A DNA stretch of 64,000 nucleotides from an uncultured Candidatus Saccharibacteria bacterium (GTDB lineage Bacteria > Patescibacteriota > WWE3 > UBA101185 > UBA10185), in the NCBI GenBank assembly GCA_964387275.1, contig CAYLVW010000004.1, positions 10,525 through 74,524 of the forward strand. The letters are read 5' to 3'. Positions 36,615-46,130 of this stretch are shown here, piece by piece. The position numbers were made by a program, and so were the translations under genes. The notes beneath the pieces were generated by a model. It was given only the letters and a program-made list of their open reading frames with translations, was not told where the DNA came from and ran no database searches. Positions within the stretch are counted from its first letter, which is position 1. Each line of letters opens with the position of its first letter.

Positions 36615-38002
36615 ATAACAACAGCGTTTGTTTGTCCTGGGTCATGCCATTTCCTTCCATGTATTACCAGAATAGTTTCACCTTCTTTTATTTGGCCTAT
36701 TTCTTTGACTCTATCGTCAATAAAATTATAGGTGAACTCACCGTTGGGGAATTTTAGATGTATTGGTATTACTCCGTAACATAAAGTTAGAGCTTCGATT
36801 GATTCTTTATCGCTACTTACTGCAATTACCGGTTTTTTTTGTCTGTAGCTTGATACAACTTTTGCAGTGTAGCCTGTGTCCGTAAAAACAACAATTTTAT
36901 CAATATGAAGTAGATTACTATCAATCATAGTTATTGCGGATTTAACAATTGCATTTGTTTGATCTTTTACGATTGGTGTAAATCCATCAAACGATGTGTG
37001 AGTCTCGTTGTACTTAGCAATTCTCTTCATTGTTTCTACGGCTTTTACTGGGTATTTTCCTGATGCAGTTTCATTGGAAAGCATTATTGCATCAGTACCA
37101 TCAAAAACTGCATTTGCAATATCCGTAGCTTCTGCTCGTGTCGGCATACTGTTTTCTACCATTGATTGAAGCATTTGTGTTGCAACAATTACCTGTTTGT
37201 TCTTAAGTCTGCATTTTTCTATTATCTCTTTTTGCATTAATGCCAACTTCTCTATTGGTACTTCCACTCCGAGATCACCTCTTGCTACCATAACTGCATC
37301 TGAGGCATCGATAATTTCATTAATGTTACTTACTCCCATTTCGTTTTCTACTTTTGCTACAATTTTGGATTTCAAATTTCTTATAGATATCTCCTTTCTC
37401 AGTGTTTTAACATCTGATGCACTTCTGACATAGGATAGTGCGATGAAATCTACTTTAGTTCTTGAGGCAATATCGAGCCGTTCCAGATCACTATTTGTAA
37501 GTGAAGGGAGATCTATATTTTTGCCTACTAAATTTAATGACTTTCTGTTTTTAATTTTTCCTGCATCCAGTACCTTTGCTAACGCTGTGTTTTTATCAAT
37601 CGAGATTGTTTCAAATTCCATAAATCCATCATCAATAGAGAATTTATCTCCTGTTTCCAGATGTTTAAGTACATGTTTTTTGTCTAATATCACTGTTGGG
37701 AATTCTAGATTCACATCTTCCGGATTTTCAGTGAAATAAATTGTATCTCCTACTACAACATCGTATGTAACTTGAGCTGGTGTGTTTATTCTAATTTCCG
37801 GTCCTTGTAAGTCTACGAGTACCCCTACTGTGATACCCAACTCTGCTGCACAGTTTTGTACCCTTTTTATTCGCTCTTCATGCCATTCCTTAACATTGTG
37901 TTTCATGTTGAACCTGAAAACATTAACCCCAGCCTTTATAAGGTGCTTTAATGTATGCTCATCTTCAGAAACAGGTCCTATTGTTGCAACTATTTTTGTC
38001 AT
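36602..38002 (-). CDS. pyk: pyruvate kinase
   Basis: MTKIVATIGPVSEDEHTLKHLIKAGVNVFRFNMKH, ...MVARGDLGVE. The start was set at the Met preceded by GTGGAAAA. Confidence 0.9.
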   Translation of the reverse strand: MTKIVATIGPVSEDEHTLKHLIKAGVNVFRFNMKHNVKEWHEERIKRVQNCAAELGITVGVLVDLQGPEIRINTPAQVTYDVVVGDTIYFTENPEDVNLEFPTVILDKKHVLKHLETGDKFSIDDGFMEFETISIDKNTALAKVLDAGKIKNRKSLNLVGKNIDLPSLTNSDLERLDIASRTKVDFIALSYVRSASDVKTLRKEISIRNLKSKIVAKVENEMGVSNINEIIDASDAVMVARGDLGVEVPIEKLALMQKEIIEKCRLKNKQVIVATQMLQSMVENSMPTRAEATDIANAVFDGTDAIMLSNETASGKYPVKAVETMKRIAKYNETHTSFDGFTPIVKDQTNAIVKSAITMIDSNLLHIDKIVVFTDTGYTAKVVSSYRQKKPVIAVSSDKESIEALTLCYGVIPIHLKFPNGEFTYNFIDDRVKEIGQIKEGETILVIHGRKWHDPGQTNAVVIYKV

Positions 38003-38110
38003 TTTTCCACTATGCATGTTTTCCTCACTACTAACTACCCTATCGGATACTAGTTCTATATTTAATTTGGTATTTACATAATATTAATAGCTATTGGGCA
38101 GCTTAGAATA

Positions 38111-38827
38111 TTATTGGCAAGAAAACTGAATTTTACACTCAGCCTTCGCACTTGCTTCCGGTACCATATCACAAATCGAGCACCTATTACTAAGATCTAG
38201 ATCTTGATCAAGACCGGTTGTAGTGGGCTTAAGTTCATCCATCAAATTATTGAATGATTCATCCATACTGATAAAAGTAACATCCGTTGGTGGTGTGAAC
38301 AGGTTATTATCTACAACCCAGGGTTTACACTTGTAGTTCATACTATTAGTAGTTATGTCTTCGTCTACGTTTTCCTTACTATCTTGTGGGACTAGATCTG
38401 AGATAAGGTCCTTAGCATCATTTGCCAAACCGGAGAAATCTTTGTTTGATATTTTAATTCCCGACTTAGGGTCTTCCGGGTTTTGTCCCCACATATACAT
38501 CCATTCTGGATCCGCGATCATATAAGTATTGTACGATTTATCTTGTGTGACTGTCATAGTCTCAGCTCTTAATTTATTTCCCGAGAGATAGGATTTTGAT
38601 GTTACTTTAGTTCCGTTTTCTTCGTAATTGGAATCACATACTAAGGCTGCGTTCATTTTTAATAGATCCATTAAACTGCCCGATACGTCTGTCTGATTGT
38701 TGTTCGACTGTTCTTGTGTTTGGGAGTTTTCCTCTTTAGTTTCATCTTTACTAAACAAAGTACACGCTGTTAATGTGAAAGCCAAAAACCCTAAAACTAT
38801 GAATGTTAGTAACTTATATTTACTCAT
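38111..38827 (-). CDS. lipoprotein (hypothetical)
   Basis: Signal peptide with lipobox LTAC. Asn/Gln/Ser-rich linker. Cys-containing C-terminal domain. Confidence 0.55.
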   Translation of the reverse strand: MSKYKLLTFIVLGFLAFTLTACTLFSKDETKEENSQTQEQSNNNQTDVSGSLMDLLKMNAALVCDSNYEENGTKVTSKSYLSGNKLRAETMTVTQDKSYNTYMIADPEWMYMWGQNPEDPKSGIKISNKDFSGLANDAKDLISDLVPQDSKENVDEDITTNSMNYKCKPWVVDNNLFTPPTDVTFISMDESFNNLMDELKPTTTGLDQDLDLSNRCSICDMVPEASAKAECKIQFSCQ

Positions 38828-38880
38828 ACTGTAATCGTCTCACACTTTACTAATAGTAGTAAACATTTTTAAATGTTAAC

Positions 38881-39897
38881 CTATAAAGCTGGAATTGTTA
38901 TTGTAAACTCCGATCCGAACCCTACACTGCTTTTTACTTGTATTTTTCCTGAATGCTTTTCAACAATCTCTTTTACTATTGCAAGGCCTAATCCGTATCC
39001 ATTTGCATTAGAATCTGTTCTGGATTTGTCTGTTCTGTAAAACGGTTCAAATATATTTTTCAGCTCCGATTCACTTATGCCCTCACCCTGGTCTTTTACT
39101 CCAATAGTTGCGGTGTAGTAGGATTTAGAAAGTTCAACCACAATATTTTTGTCTATTGGTGTGTATTTGATTGCATTATCCACTAAGTTTGATATCGCTT
39201 CTTTAAACTCTATAACGTTTACTTTAGCATTTACTTCATAGTCGGGGAGTTGAAGAGTAAGTGTGTCTCTGTTTGATGAGTTTTTATATTTATCGTAGAC
39301 CTCTTTGATTAAGGTGTTTAAATTAGTTTTTTGTGAGTTTGTTACGTTACTACTAAAGCTGTACTTACTTTGTTTTAATAATTTTTCTGTAAGCTTTGCT
39401 AAATTTTGTACTTCTTCAAGACCCCTTTCGATAGTATCCTGTAGATCAGCAGTTTTTGAATTTTTATCGCGTAGAGTCACTTCGAAATCAGTTTGTAGTG
39501 CAGTTATAGGTGTTTTTAGTTCATGGGCTGCATCTGATACAAATCGTTTTTGTTTACTGACCATTTCTTCTATTGGTTTTAGGGTTTCACCTGCCAAAAT
39601 ATAGGCAAGTATCCCAGATGTAGTAAGTATTAGTATGTTTATCCAAATGAGAGTTACAAATGTCTTATGCCTTATTTCTTCGAGTGTTTCTACATCAAAT
39701 CTGTTAATAAATCTTTTAGGTTGTTGTATTATCACGCAGTCTTTAAATTCATTTTCTAGTCTGATATTTTGTGAAGTCAGGGCTCTCGTAGTTATTGCAC
39801 CTACTCCGTAGTAAACTACAGAACTAAAAGTTATGGTTATCACCATAATTATTGCTAAATACCATGCAGTTAATTTTATTTTTGTTGATTTGAACAT
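38881..39897 (-). CDS. sensor histidine kinase
   Basis: Two TM helices flanking a short loop. H-box AAHELKTPITAL. HATPase N/G boxes (LVDNAIKYT, GYGLGLAIVK). Confidence 0.85.
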   Translation of the reverse strand: MFKSTKIKLTAWYLAIIMVITITFSSVVYYGVGAITTRALTSQNIRLENEFKDCVIIQQPKRFINRFDVETLEEIRHKTFVTLIWINILILTTSGILAYILAGETLKPIEEMVSKQKRFVSDAAHELKTPITALQTDFEVTLRDKNSKTADLQDTIERGLEEVQNLAKLTEKLLKQSKYSFSSNVTNSQKTNLNTLIKEVYDKYKNSSNRDTLTLQLPDYEVNAKVNVIEFKEAISNLVDNAIKYTPIDKNIVVELSKSYYTATIGVKDQGEGISESELKNIFEPFYRTDKSRTDSNANGYGLGLAIVKEIVEKHSGKIQVKSSVGFGSEFTITIPAL

Positions 39898-39907
39898 CTT
39901 TTACTAC

Positions 39908-40582
39908 TTATTTACTAATCTTATAACCAAAGCCTCTAATAGTATGTATTAACTGAGGTTTATTTGGAAACTTTTTGTCTATTTTGTTTCTAAGATAGCC
40001 TATATATTGTTCTACCGTGTTAGGTAGGATATCAGAATCAAACTCCCACACATGCTCAGTTATTTTATCTTTAGATAGAATTTTGTCTTTATTTCTTAAA
40101 AGGTATTCTAATAGCGTAAATTCTTTCTTTGAGAGGTTTATTTCTTCTCCATTTCTAGTCACAACGTAGTTTAATGGGTTAACTATGAGATCTTCACAGA
40201 CCAGTATCTCATCTTGTATTGACTGTGGTCTTCGTAATAATGCTCTGATTCTGGCTAACAGCTCTTCAAATGCAAATGGTTTTGTTAGATAGTCATCTGC
40301 CCCAGTATTTAGTCCGTACACTCTATCTTCAAGTTCAGTTCTTGCTGTTAACATAAGTATTGGGGTTTTTACTCCACTTTTTCTTAGGTCTTTACAAATG
40401 TCTAATCCGGATTTTTTGGGTAACATTATATCTAAGATGATAAGATCGTATGGTTCTGTTATAGCCATATCAAACCCCAGTTCTCCATCTAATGCTATGT
40501 CTATCGTGTAGTTCTCTTGCTCCAAGCCCTTTTTTAGTGCATACGCAATTTTTGATTCATCTTCAACTATTAGTATTCTCAT
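39908..40582 (-). CDS. OmpR-family response regulator
   Basis: Receiver MRILIVEDE...DLIILDIMLP. Winged-helix C-terminus (..LTKPFAFEELLARIRALLRR...VRGFGYKI). Confidence 0.9.
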   Translation of the reverse strand: MRILIVEDESKIAYALKKGLEQENYTIDIALDGELGFDMAITEPYDLIILDIMLPKKSGLDICKDLRKSGVKTPILMLTARTELEDRVYGLNTGADDYLTKPFAFEELLARIRALLRRPQSIQDEILVCEDLIVNPLNYVVTRNGEEINLSKKEFTLLEYLLRNKDKILSKDKITEHVWEFDSDILPNTVEQYIGYLRNKIDKKFPNKPQLIHTIRGFGYKISK

Positions 40583-40685
40583 TCTTTGTATTATAGTTTT
40601 TTTCCTGAGTTTTTGCTGAGGGATCTGTTAAATCTTTGGTTGTCGCAGTGAGGTGTATTTATTTTTTTTTGGTGAGAGGGATTAA

Positions 40686-40714
40686 GGGAGGGGCGGCCTT
40701 CGGCCGCCCCTTTC
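40686..40714. terminator. GC-rich hairpin (about 13-bp stem) downstream of a minus-strand gene
   Basis: GGGAGGGGCGGCC-ttc-GGCCGCCCCTTTC. No adjacent U-tract. Confidence 0.4.
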
Positions 40715-40763
40715 CCTCCTCGCTTCTAAATACTCTCACAAAAACCTGAGAGAAATCTGAGAA

Positions 40764-41282
40764 TTATAGATCCTCACCAAATCCTCCCATCATACCATCT
40801 CCATGCCCTTTACCCATTTTCCCTCCGCCCATACCAAGCATAAAAACGTACCTAGTATCTATGTTATTAGACTCTGCCCAAGACTTTATTTCATCTCGCA
40901 GCTCGTCCATCTTGGTTTTTCTTTCCTCTACAGAGAGTTTCCAGAACTCATTCATTTTGTCCTTTACTTCCTCGTACTTAGATAAAATCTTATTTTTTTG
41001 GTCCTCAGTGATTTTTTCTTTGTATACTAAGTAATCTAGTTTTTCAGTTAGCTCTTCCTTTCTATCTGAGCTTCTTTCAGATCTATATTCATCTATGACT
41101 TTTTGAACATCATCAGAGTTTAGATTAAATTTTTCTACTATTGTTTGAAGCAATGTTTTAGTTTGTACATTGTCTTCTGCATACACTTTGGTTAAAGATA
41201 AAGCTCCAAGTGTACCTATCGCCGTGAGAACCAGCAAACCAGCTACTAAAGTAGTTTTTTTCATATTATTTATTACTTTCAA
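40764..41282 (-). CDS. secreted coiled-coil protein with LTXXQ-like motifs and a Gly/Met/His-rich C-terminal tail (CpxP/Spy/ZraP-like periplasmic accessory protein)
   Basis: Signal peptide (..ALSLTKVYA). Heptad-rich helical region with ITEDQ and LNSDDVQ. Tail MGGGKMGKGHGDGMMGGFGEDL. Directly upstream of the HK/RR pair on the same strand. Confidence 0.45.
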   Translation of the reverse strand: MKVINNMKKTTLVAGLLVLTAIGTLGALSLTKVYAEDNVQTKTLLQTIVEKFNLNSDDVQKVIDEYRSERSSDRKEELTEKLDYLVYKEKITEDQKNKILSKYEEVKDKMNEFWKLSVEERKTKMDELRDEIKSWAESNNIDTRYVFMLGMGGGKMGKGHGDGMMGGFGEDL

Positions 41283-41346
41283 ATTAATTACTTTTAGTAG
41301 TTTATAAATGTATTCTGAAATGATGCTGAGAAGATTAGGTTACTAT

Positions 41347-42852
41347 TTAGCCTTTTACTCTTATATTTGTACTTCGTTTTATTTTGAGTTTATGTACTGC
41401 ATTTCTTATGCCTAGGGCTGATGGAATCCCCCTTAGCAGTTTGGTGGCGTGGTTTATATCAGTAGATTCATCCAAAACAGTTTCAATTTGTTGTATTAAT
41501 TTTGGAGCCTGCATACCCTCTGGATACGCGGATGAGGGTACTACTCCGAGAAGATATACCAGATCCTCAATGTTGTTTAAACCAGAATCTTCTTCAAAAG
41601 CGTTGTACTGATCTCCCTTTTCTTTTGCCTTGTTATATTTAGAAAGCAGGCTACTTCGTGTGTTATGAAGTTTTTTTATCAGATCCCCTATTTCTGCTAA
41701 ACCCTCTTCTTGATCTTCTACACTATCTAAAATTTCTTCGATGGCAGACTTGGACTCATCTGAACCCTTAGGAGATTGTATAAATCTATCTATTGCCGAT
41801 TTTGCTTTCATAAGATCCGGATACTTTGCAGATAAAAACCCAAGTACCCCAGTATAAGATCTAGAATCAATTCCATTCCTGAGTACTACTACTGACCTAT
41901 CATCTTCGTTACCATAAATTCCTCTAATGAAACCTTCTCCTTCTGGGATTTGGGTTCTTTTTTGTTTTTTAGCTTTATATGTAGAATCTGCTTCATCCAC
42001 GATTCCCTTAGCAGCAGTTTCTGGATTTATATCTCCTAGTACGAGTTTGAGTTGTTGTGTAGGGAGGTTTGCACCGTCTGACATGACTATTATCAATTCA
42101 CCTTCTTCTAAGGGGGTAAAGGCGGCGTGTACTTGTCTTAATTTTCCAACTCCATTGTCTAATACATTTGAAAAAGCTCCGTACACTTGAAGTTCAGGTG
42201 TTTGACTTGCAAAATGATATTCAATATTGTCCAACCCGTCTTTTAGATCTGGGTTAGATCTTAATTTTCTTAACGCCGGGTTGTCTGGAATTGTTATTGT
42301 AGTTAGTTCTCCTGTTTGGGGATTGTATTTGGCAACCCTAGAGTCACCTGCGTAAACTACAACAGCTCCTCTTTTTCCTCCGACTTCGACTACATGGGCA
42401 ATACTTGCAGTGGTTCCTCCCTTTTGCTCTAGGGCTTGGATCTCAGCATTTGCTTGAAACAACATGCTTTCGAGGGGTTTTACAATTTTTTCTTCTACTT
42501 CCCTACCGTTTTCAGCTTGAGTTGGGAGATTTGGTGTCAAATCTCTTAGTTTCTGGTAGCAGATTTCTGAGGCTGTGGAAGCGCCTGTCATACTGCTTAC
42601 TCCATCGAATACCCCAATTGTACCGTTTTGTGCAAATACTCTATCTGCATTCACCTCCCTGTTCTCACCTTTAAGCGAGTAAGTGTTTGTTGTAATTTTA
42701 GATGGTTTTCGGTCTGTGAGCTGTTCTGTTTCTAAAGTATTTGATATTTGAGGAATTGAATTTGGTCCGAGCATTTGAATTAAATTATATACTAAATACA
42801 TTATTGGGTACAAAGTGGAGTGTTTTTTACTTTGTACCCAATCAAGAGTCAT
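41347..42852 (-). CDS. PP2C (PPM)-family Ser/Thr phosphatase-like protein with a long C-terminal extension
   Basis: GVFDGVSSMTGAS (DG.GG-like), VVVYAGDSRVAKY (GDSR) and IIVMSDGANLP (SDG). Confidence 0.5.
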   Translation of the reverse strand: MTLDWVQSKKHSTLYPIMYLVYNLIQMLGPNSIPQISNTLETEQLTDRKPSKITTNTYSLKGENREVNADRVFAQNGTIGVFDGVSSMTGASTASEICYQKLRDLTPNLPTQAENGREVEEKIVKPLESMLFQANAEIQALEQKGGTTASIAHVVEVGGKRGAVVVYAGDSRVAKYNPQTGELTTITIPDNPALRKLRSNPDLKDGLDNIEYHFASQTPELQVYGAFSNVLDNGVGKLRQVHAAFTPLEEGELIIVMSDGANLPTQQLKLVLGDINPETAAKGIVDEADSTYKAKKQKRTQIPEGEGFIRGIYGNEDDRSVVVLRNGIDSRSYTGVLGFLSAKYPDLMKAKSAIDRFIQSPKGSDESKSAIEEILDSVEDQEEGLAEIGDLIKKLHNTRSSLLSKYNKAKEKGDQYNAFEEDSGLNNIEDLVYLLGVVPSSAYPEGMQAPKLIQQIETVLDESTDINHATKLLRGIPSALGIRNAVHKLKIKRSTNIRVKG

Positions 42853-43151
42853 CTATCCTTACTCGTGAGATATTTACCAATCCTGTAAAAAATTGCAAGA
42901 GTATAGATAATAACCCATAGTAAAGAAGGAAAATCTCCAGAAATTGTCCACCTGGTGTACAGCTCAGCTAGCGAAAAATTTACTAGTGGCACTGTTTTTC
43001 CTACATATATATCCAGGTGAATTACAAAGACAATCCATAGAACTTGAAGTATAAGGTAGGATGTTGTTAAAAGAAGTAAATCTAGAATCATCGATTTTCT
43101 GCTTTTTCCTATTCTCATGCTCCCTCCAGATGAGTGTGTGTAGAATAACAT
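42849..43151 (-). CDS. small membrane protein (hypothetical)
   Basis: Two hydrophobic helices. A 4-bp overlap with the PP2C-like gene. Weak call. Confidence 0.3.
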   Translation of the reverse strand: MLFYTHSSGGSMRIGKSRKSMILDLLLLTTSYLILQVLWIVFVIHLDIYVGKTVPLVNFSLAELYTRWTISGDFPSLLWVIIYTLAIFYRIGKYLTSKDR

Positions 43152-43218
43152 AAATTAATACGTTCTACAAACTATAGGTCTTAGTACTGCCACAGATTAA
43201 AATCCTGTGCTCTATAGG

Positions 43219-43650
43219 CTACTTAGTACCGGTAGAGCCTATTCCTCCGCGATTTTCATTTTTGAGTTTTTGTACTTCTGACAACGTGGTTTTTTCATAC
43301 CTCACAACCATGATCTGCGCCACTCGTGTAGCTTTCTCTATTGTAACGTCATTTTTGGATGTGTTATAGACTATTAGTTTATACTCATCCCCATCACCTG
43401 AGAAATCTAAATCTCCTACACCGATGCCATTTGCTGGTATCAGGCCCATTTTGTGGAGAGAGCTTCTGGCCGTAAGCATCACCCAATAATTTTTTGGTAC
43501 CTCAATAGCTACATTTAAAGGTATATACCCAAAAGAGTTTGCAGCCACTGTGACATTTTCCCTACTGTACATATCCATACAGACTGAGCCCGTGGTTTTA
43601 TATTCTGGAAGTGGTATTGTTTTATCAAATCTCTTAATCTTTATTTTCAT
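43219..43650 (-). CDS. dut: dUTP diphosphatase / dCTP deaminase-family protein
   Basis: GVGDLDFSGDGD resembles the G-x-ID-DY-G motif. RVAQIMV resembles motif 4. Size is 143 aa. Confidence 0.6.
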   Translation of the reverse strand: MKIKIKRFDKTIPLPEYKTTGSVCMDMYSRENVTVAANSFGYIPLNVAIEVPKNYWVMLTARSSLHKMGLIPANGIGVGDLDFSGDGDEYKLIVYNTSKNDVTIEKATRVAQIMVVRYEKTTLSEVQKLKNENRGGIGSTGTK

Positions 43651-43708
43651 TTTTCTATACTAACATGATTTTATTTGAGTATTTGTTTTTTAGATATATC
43701 ATTTATTT

Positions 43709-45499
43709 ATGTCTAAGATACTTAGAACTTTTTCAATACCAATATTTGTTTTAGGGTCAATCTTTTTATATTTTATTTATGGAAATTTTATAAAATCAAC
43801 CACTATACTGAATTTGTATCTTTGGGTAGGTATTTTTATTGGTAGTGTTTCTTTACTTAAGGAAACTTATGAGACTCTAAAAAGAGGAAGTTTTGCACTT
43901 GATTATATTGCACTTCTAGCAATTGGAACAGGCGTTGTTACTGAGAACTACTTAGTGGCTTCTGTAATTGTTCTGATGATGTCGGGAGGTAATAGCCTTG
44001 AAGTTTATGCTCAGGAGAAAGCAACAGATTCCTTAAAAGAACTTCAGAATAAAATACCTAACGAGATTTTAGTTGAGAGGACTTCTGGAACAAGAGAAAC
44101 TGTAAAAATTGATTTAGTCGAACTAGGCTCTATTGTTGTTGTAAGAAAGGGTGAGGTTGTACCTCTAGATGGTTTGGTTCAGAGTGATAAGGGGGAGTTT
44201 GATGAATCTAGTTTAACAGGAGAGGCTATACCTGTTTCAAAAAAGTTTGGGGAGTTAGTAAGGAGCGGTTCGGTTAACGTAGGAGAGTTAGTACCTATTA
44301 AAACCACTGTTGTAGAAAAGGACTCGACTTTTAAGAAGATAGTTACTTTAGTTTCTGAAGCTCAGTCTAAAAAAGCGCCATTTATCCAATTAGCAGACAA
44401 GATTAGCGGTTGGTTTACCTTGGTATCTTTAATTATTGCAATCTTTGGCTACTTTTACTTGGGTGGTATTGGTGGATTCCTTGCAGTGCTCGTAATAGCA
44501 ACACCATGTCCATTAATATTAGCAGTTCCCATAGCCCTGATTGGGGGAGTTAGTGCTTCAGCAAAGCAAAGGGTTGTTTACAGAAGGCTATCAGCCTTAG
44601 AGATATTATCAAGAGTAAAAGCGATTGTCTTTGATAAGACCGGTACCCTTACTCTTGGAGTTCCTTCAGTTAAAAAACTTAGTATCAAGTCAAAGACAAT
44701 TTCAGAGAAGAAGGCTTTAGAAATTGCGTCTTCTTTAGAAAGAAATTCTTATCATCCCTATGCAAAAGCTATAATTAAGTACTCAGAAGATAGAGGTGTT
44801 ACGCCAACTGAGATGACAAGAATTGAAGAAATTCCCGGGCAGGGTTTAACAGGTTACTTGGGCTCGACACCATTTAGGATAGATAGAGGTCACAGCTCTA
44901 AGAATTCCACAGCCGTATTAGTTACTAAGAATGAGCTACTTGCTGAATTTATATTTGATGATGAATTAAAATCTGAATCTTTAGATGTAATTAAAGAGCT
45001 ATTAAATAAAGGCATTTCTTTATCTGTTTTTACAGGAGATACCAAAGAAAGAACCCAGCAAATGTTAGCTACTTTTTCTAGTAAAGTTACTATTGTTTCA
45101 GATTGCAAACCAGAAGATAAGTTGGAAGGTGTTAAAAAACTCAAAGATTTAGGTTATACCACTGCTATGATAGGTGACGGTTTAAATGATGCTCCCGCTC
45201 TTGCATTATCTGACGTCGGCATGGTTTTTAGCCACCAAGAGCAAACTGCAGCTACTGAAGCTTCGGATGTAGTTTTATTAAACGGCAATCTTGGATCTGT
45301 TTTAAGAACAATAGAGATATCCAAACGTACTATGTTAATTGCAAAACAGAGTATGTATATTGGAGTTGGGCTTAGTATTATTGGTATGATTTTTGCAGCC
45401 CTTGGTTATATTCCACCAATTGCCGGTGCAGTTATTCAGGAGCTAATTGATGTTGCTGTCATTTTAAATGCTTTAAGAGCCTCTGTGTACAAAAGATAG
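43709..45499 (+). CDS. P1B-type (heavy-metal) P-type ATPase, PCP-motif subgroup (P1B-5-like), without an N-terminal metal-binding domain
   Basis: TM6 motif ATPCPLILAVP, DKTGTLT, GDGLNDAPALALSDVGM. A compact 596 aa. Confidence 0.7.
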   Translation: MSKILRTFSIPIFVLGSIFLYFIYGNFIKSTTILNLYLWVGIFIGSVSLLKETYETLKRGSFALDYIALLAIGTGVVTENYLVASVIVLMMSGGNSLEVYAQEKATDSLKELQNKIPNEILVERTSGTRETVKIDLVELGSIVVVRKGEVVPLDGLVQSDKGEFDESSLTGEAIPVSKKFGELVRSGSVNVGELVPIKTTVVEKDSTFKKIVTLVSEAQSKKAPFIQLADKISGWFTLVSLIIAIFGYFYLGGIGGFLAVLVIATPCPLILAVPIALIGGVSASAKQRVVYRRLSALEILSRVKAIVFDKTGTLTLGVPSVKKLSIKSKTISEKKALEIASSLERNSYHPYAKAIIKYSEDRGVTPTEMTRIEEIPGQGLTGYLGSTPFRIDRGHSSKNSTAVLVTKNELLAEFIFDDELKSESLDVIKELLNKGISLSVFTGDTKERTQQMLATFSSKVTIVSDCKPEDKLEGVKKLKDLGYTTAMIGDGLNDAPALALSDVGMVFSHQEQTAATEASDVVLLNGNLGSVLRTIEISKRTMLIAKQSMYIGVGLSIIGMIFAALGYIPPIAGAVIQELIDVAVILNALRASVYKR

Positions 45500-45541
45500 G
45501 ACCTTTGTATACTTTGTGGGTATACATTGGTCCTTAAATTG

Positions 45542-45934
45542 TTACCGTACCGGTACGTATACATATAGAGTGCCGATACTAACTGCAGGTGACCTCAACC
45601 TGTACCTTTTACCGTTTATCTTTATTTCATCTGCATCGGGTTCAAGTAATACAGCGTTATCGGGTAATTTTAGGGCATCAAAACTAGCTTCATTCATAAA
45701 CCTCAACGCAGTGGTTCTAAGATTTTTTATACCTCTAATAAGTCTATTAGGCTTGGTAGTTTTAGCTTTACTTCCCCGTCTGTAGTAGTTTTTTCCGCCT
45801 AAAGCCCAGAGAAAGTCATAAGTATAGTTGTCATAGTTGAAGGTTTTACCGAGATAATCTAGAGAGTTGACGATATCTCCCTTTTTCTCAGCTTCAAACG
45901 CATGTCCGTTAACGGTTACGTTGATTTTTTTCAT
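45542..45934 (-). CDS. hypothetical protein
   Basis: GGGAGAG Shine-Dalgarno 6 nt upstream of the ATG. The opposite-strand ORF 45516..45785 looks low-complexity and is probably spurious. Confidence 0.45.
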   Translation of the reverse strand: MKKINVTVNGHAFEAEKKGDIVNSLDYLGKTFNYDNYTYDFLWALGGKNYYRRGSKAKTTKPNRLIRGIKNLRTTALRFMNEASFDALKLPDNAVLLEPDADEIKINGKRYRLRSPAVSIGTLYVYVPVR

Positions 45935-46084
45935 TTTGCTCTCCCTGAATAAATGGATTATACAAAAGGCATCTGTTTTTGTCTTGTGGTAGGGTGTTGA
46001 TGGTTTTTATGATGTTATTTTGTAGAGGGGGATTTAGTTAATACTGTATCTTGTTTACTATACTAATTGTTTTGGATATGGGGA

Positions 46085-46114
46085 GGGCGGGTCTGCTGTA
46101 CAGCAGACCCGCCC
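46085..46114. terminator. perfect 30-nt GC palindrome/hairpin downstream of the DUF378 gene
   Basis: GGGCGGGTCTGCTGT|ACAGCAGACCCGCCC is an exact reverse-complement symmetry. Confidence 0.45.
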
Positions 46115-46130
46115 TAACCTCTACCAATAA

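Noticed and set aside
45516-45785. Plus-strand ORF overlapping the minus-strand hypothetical gene 45542..45934
   Set aside because: Low-complexity Leu/Ser-rich translation with no RBS. The minus-strand ORF has a GGGAGAG Shine-Dalgarno and a more protein-like composition.
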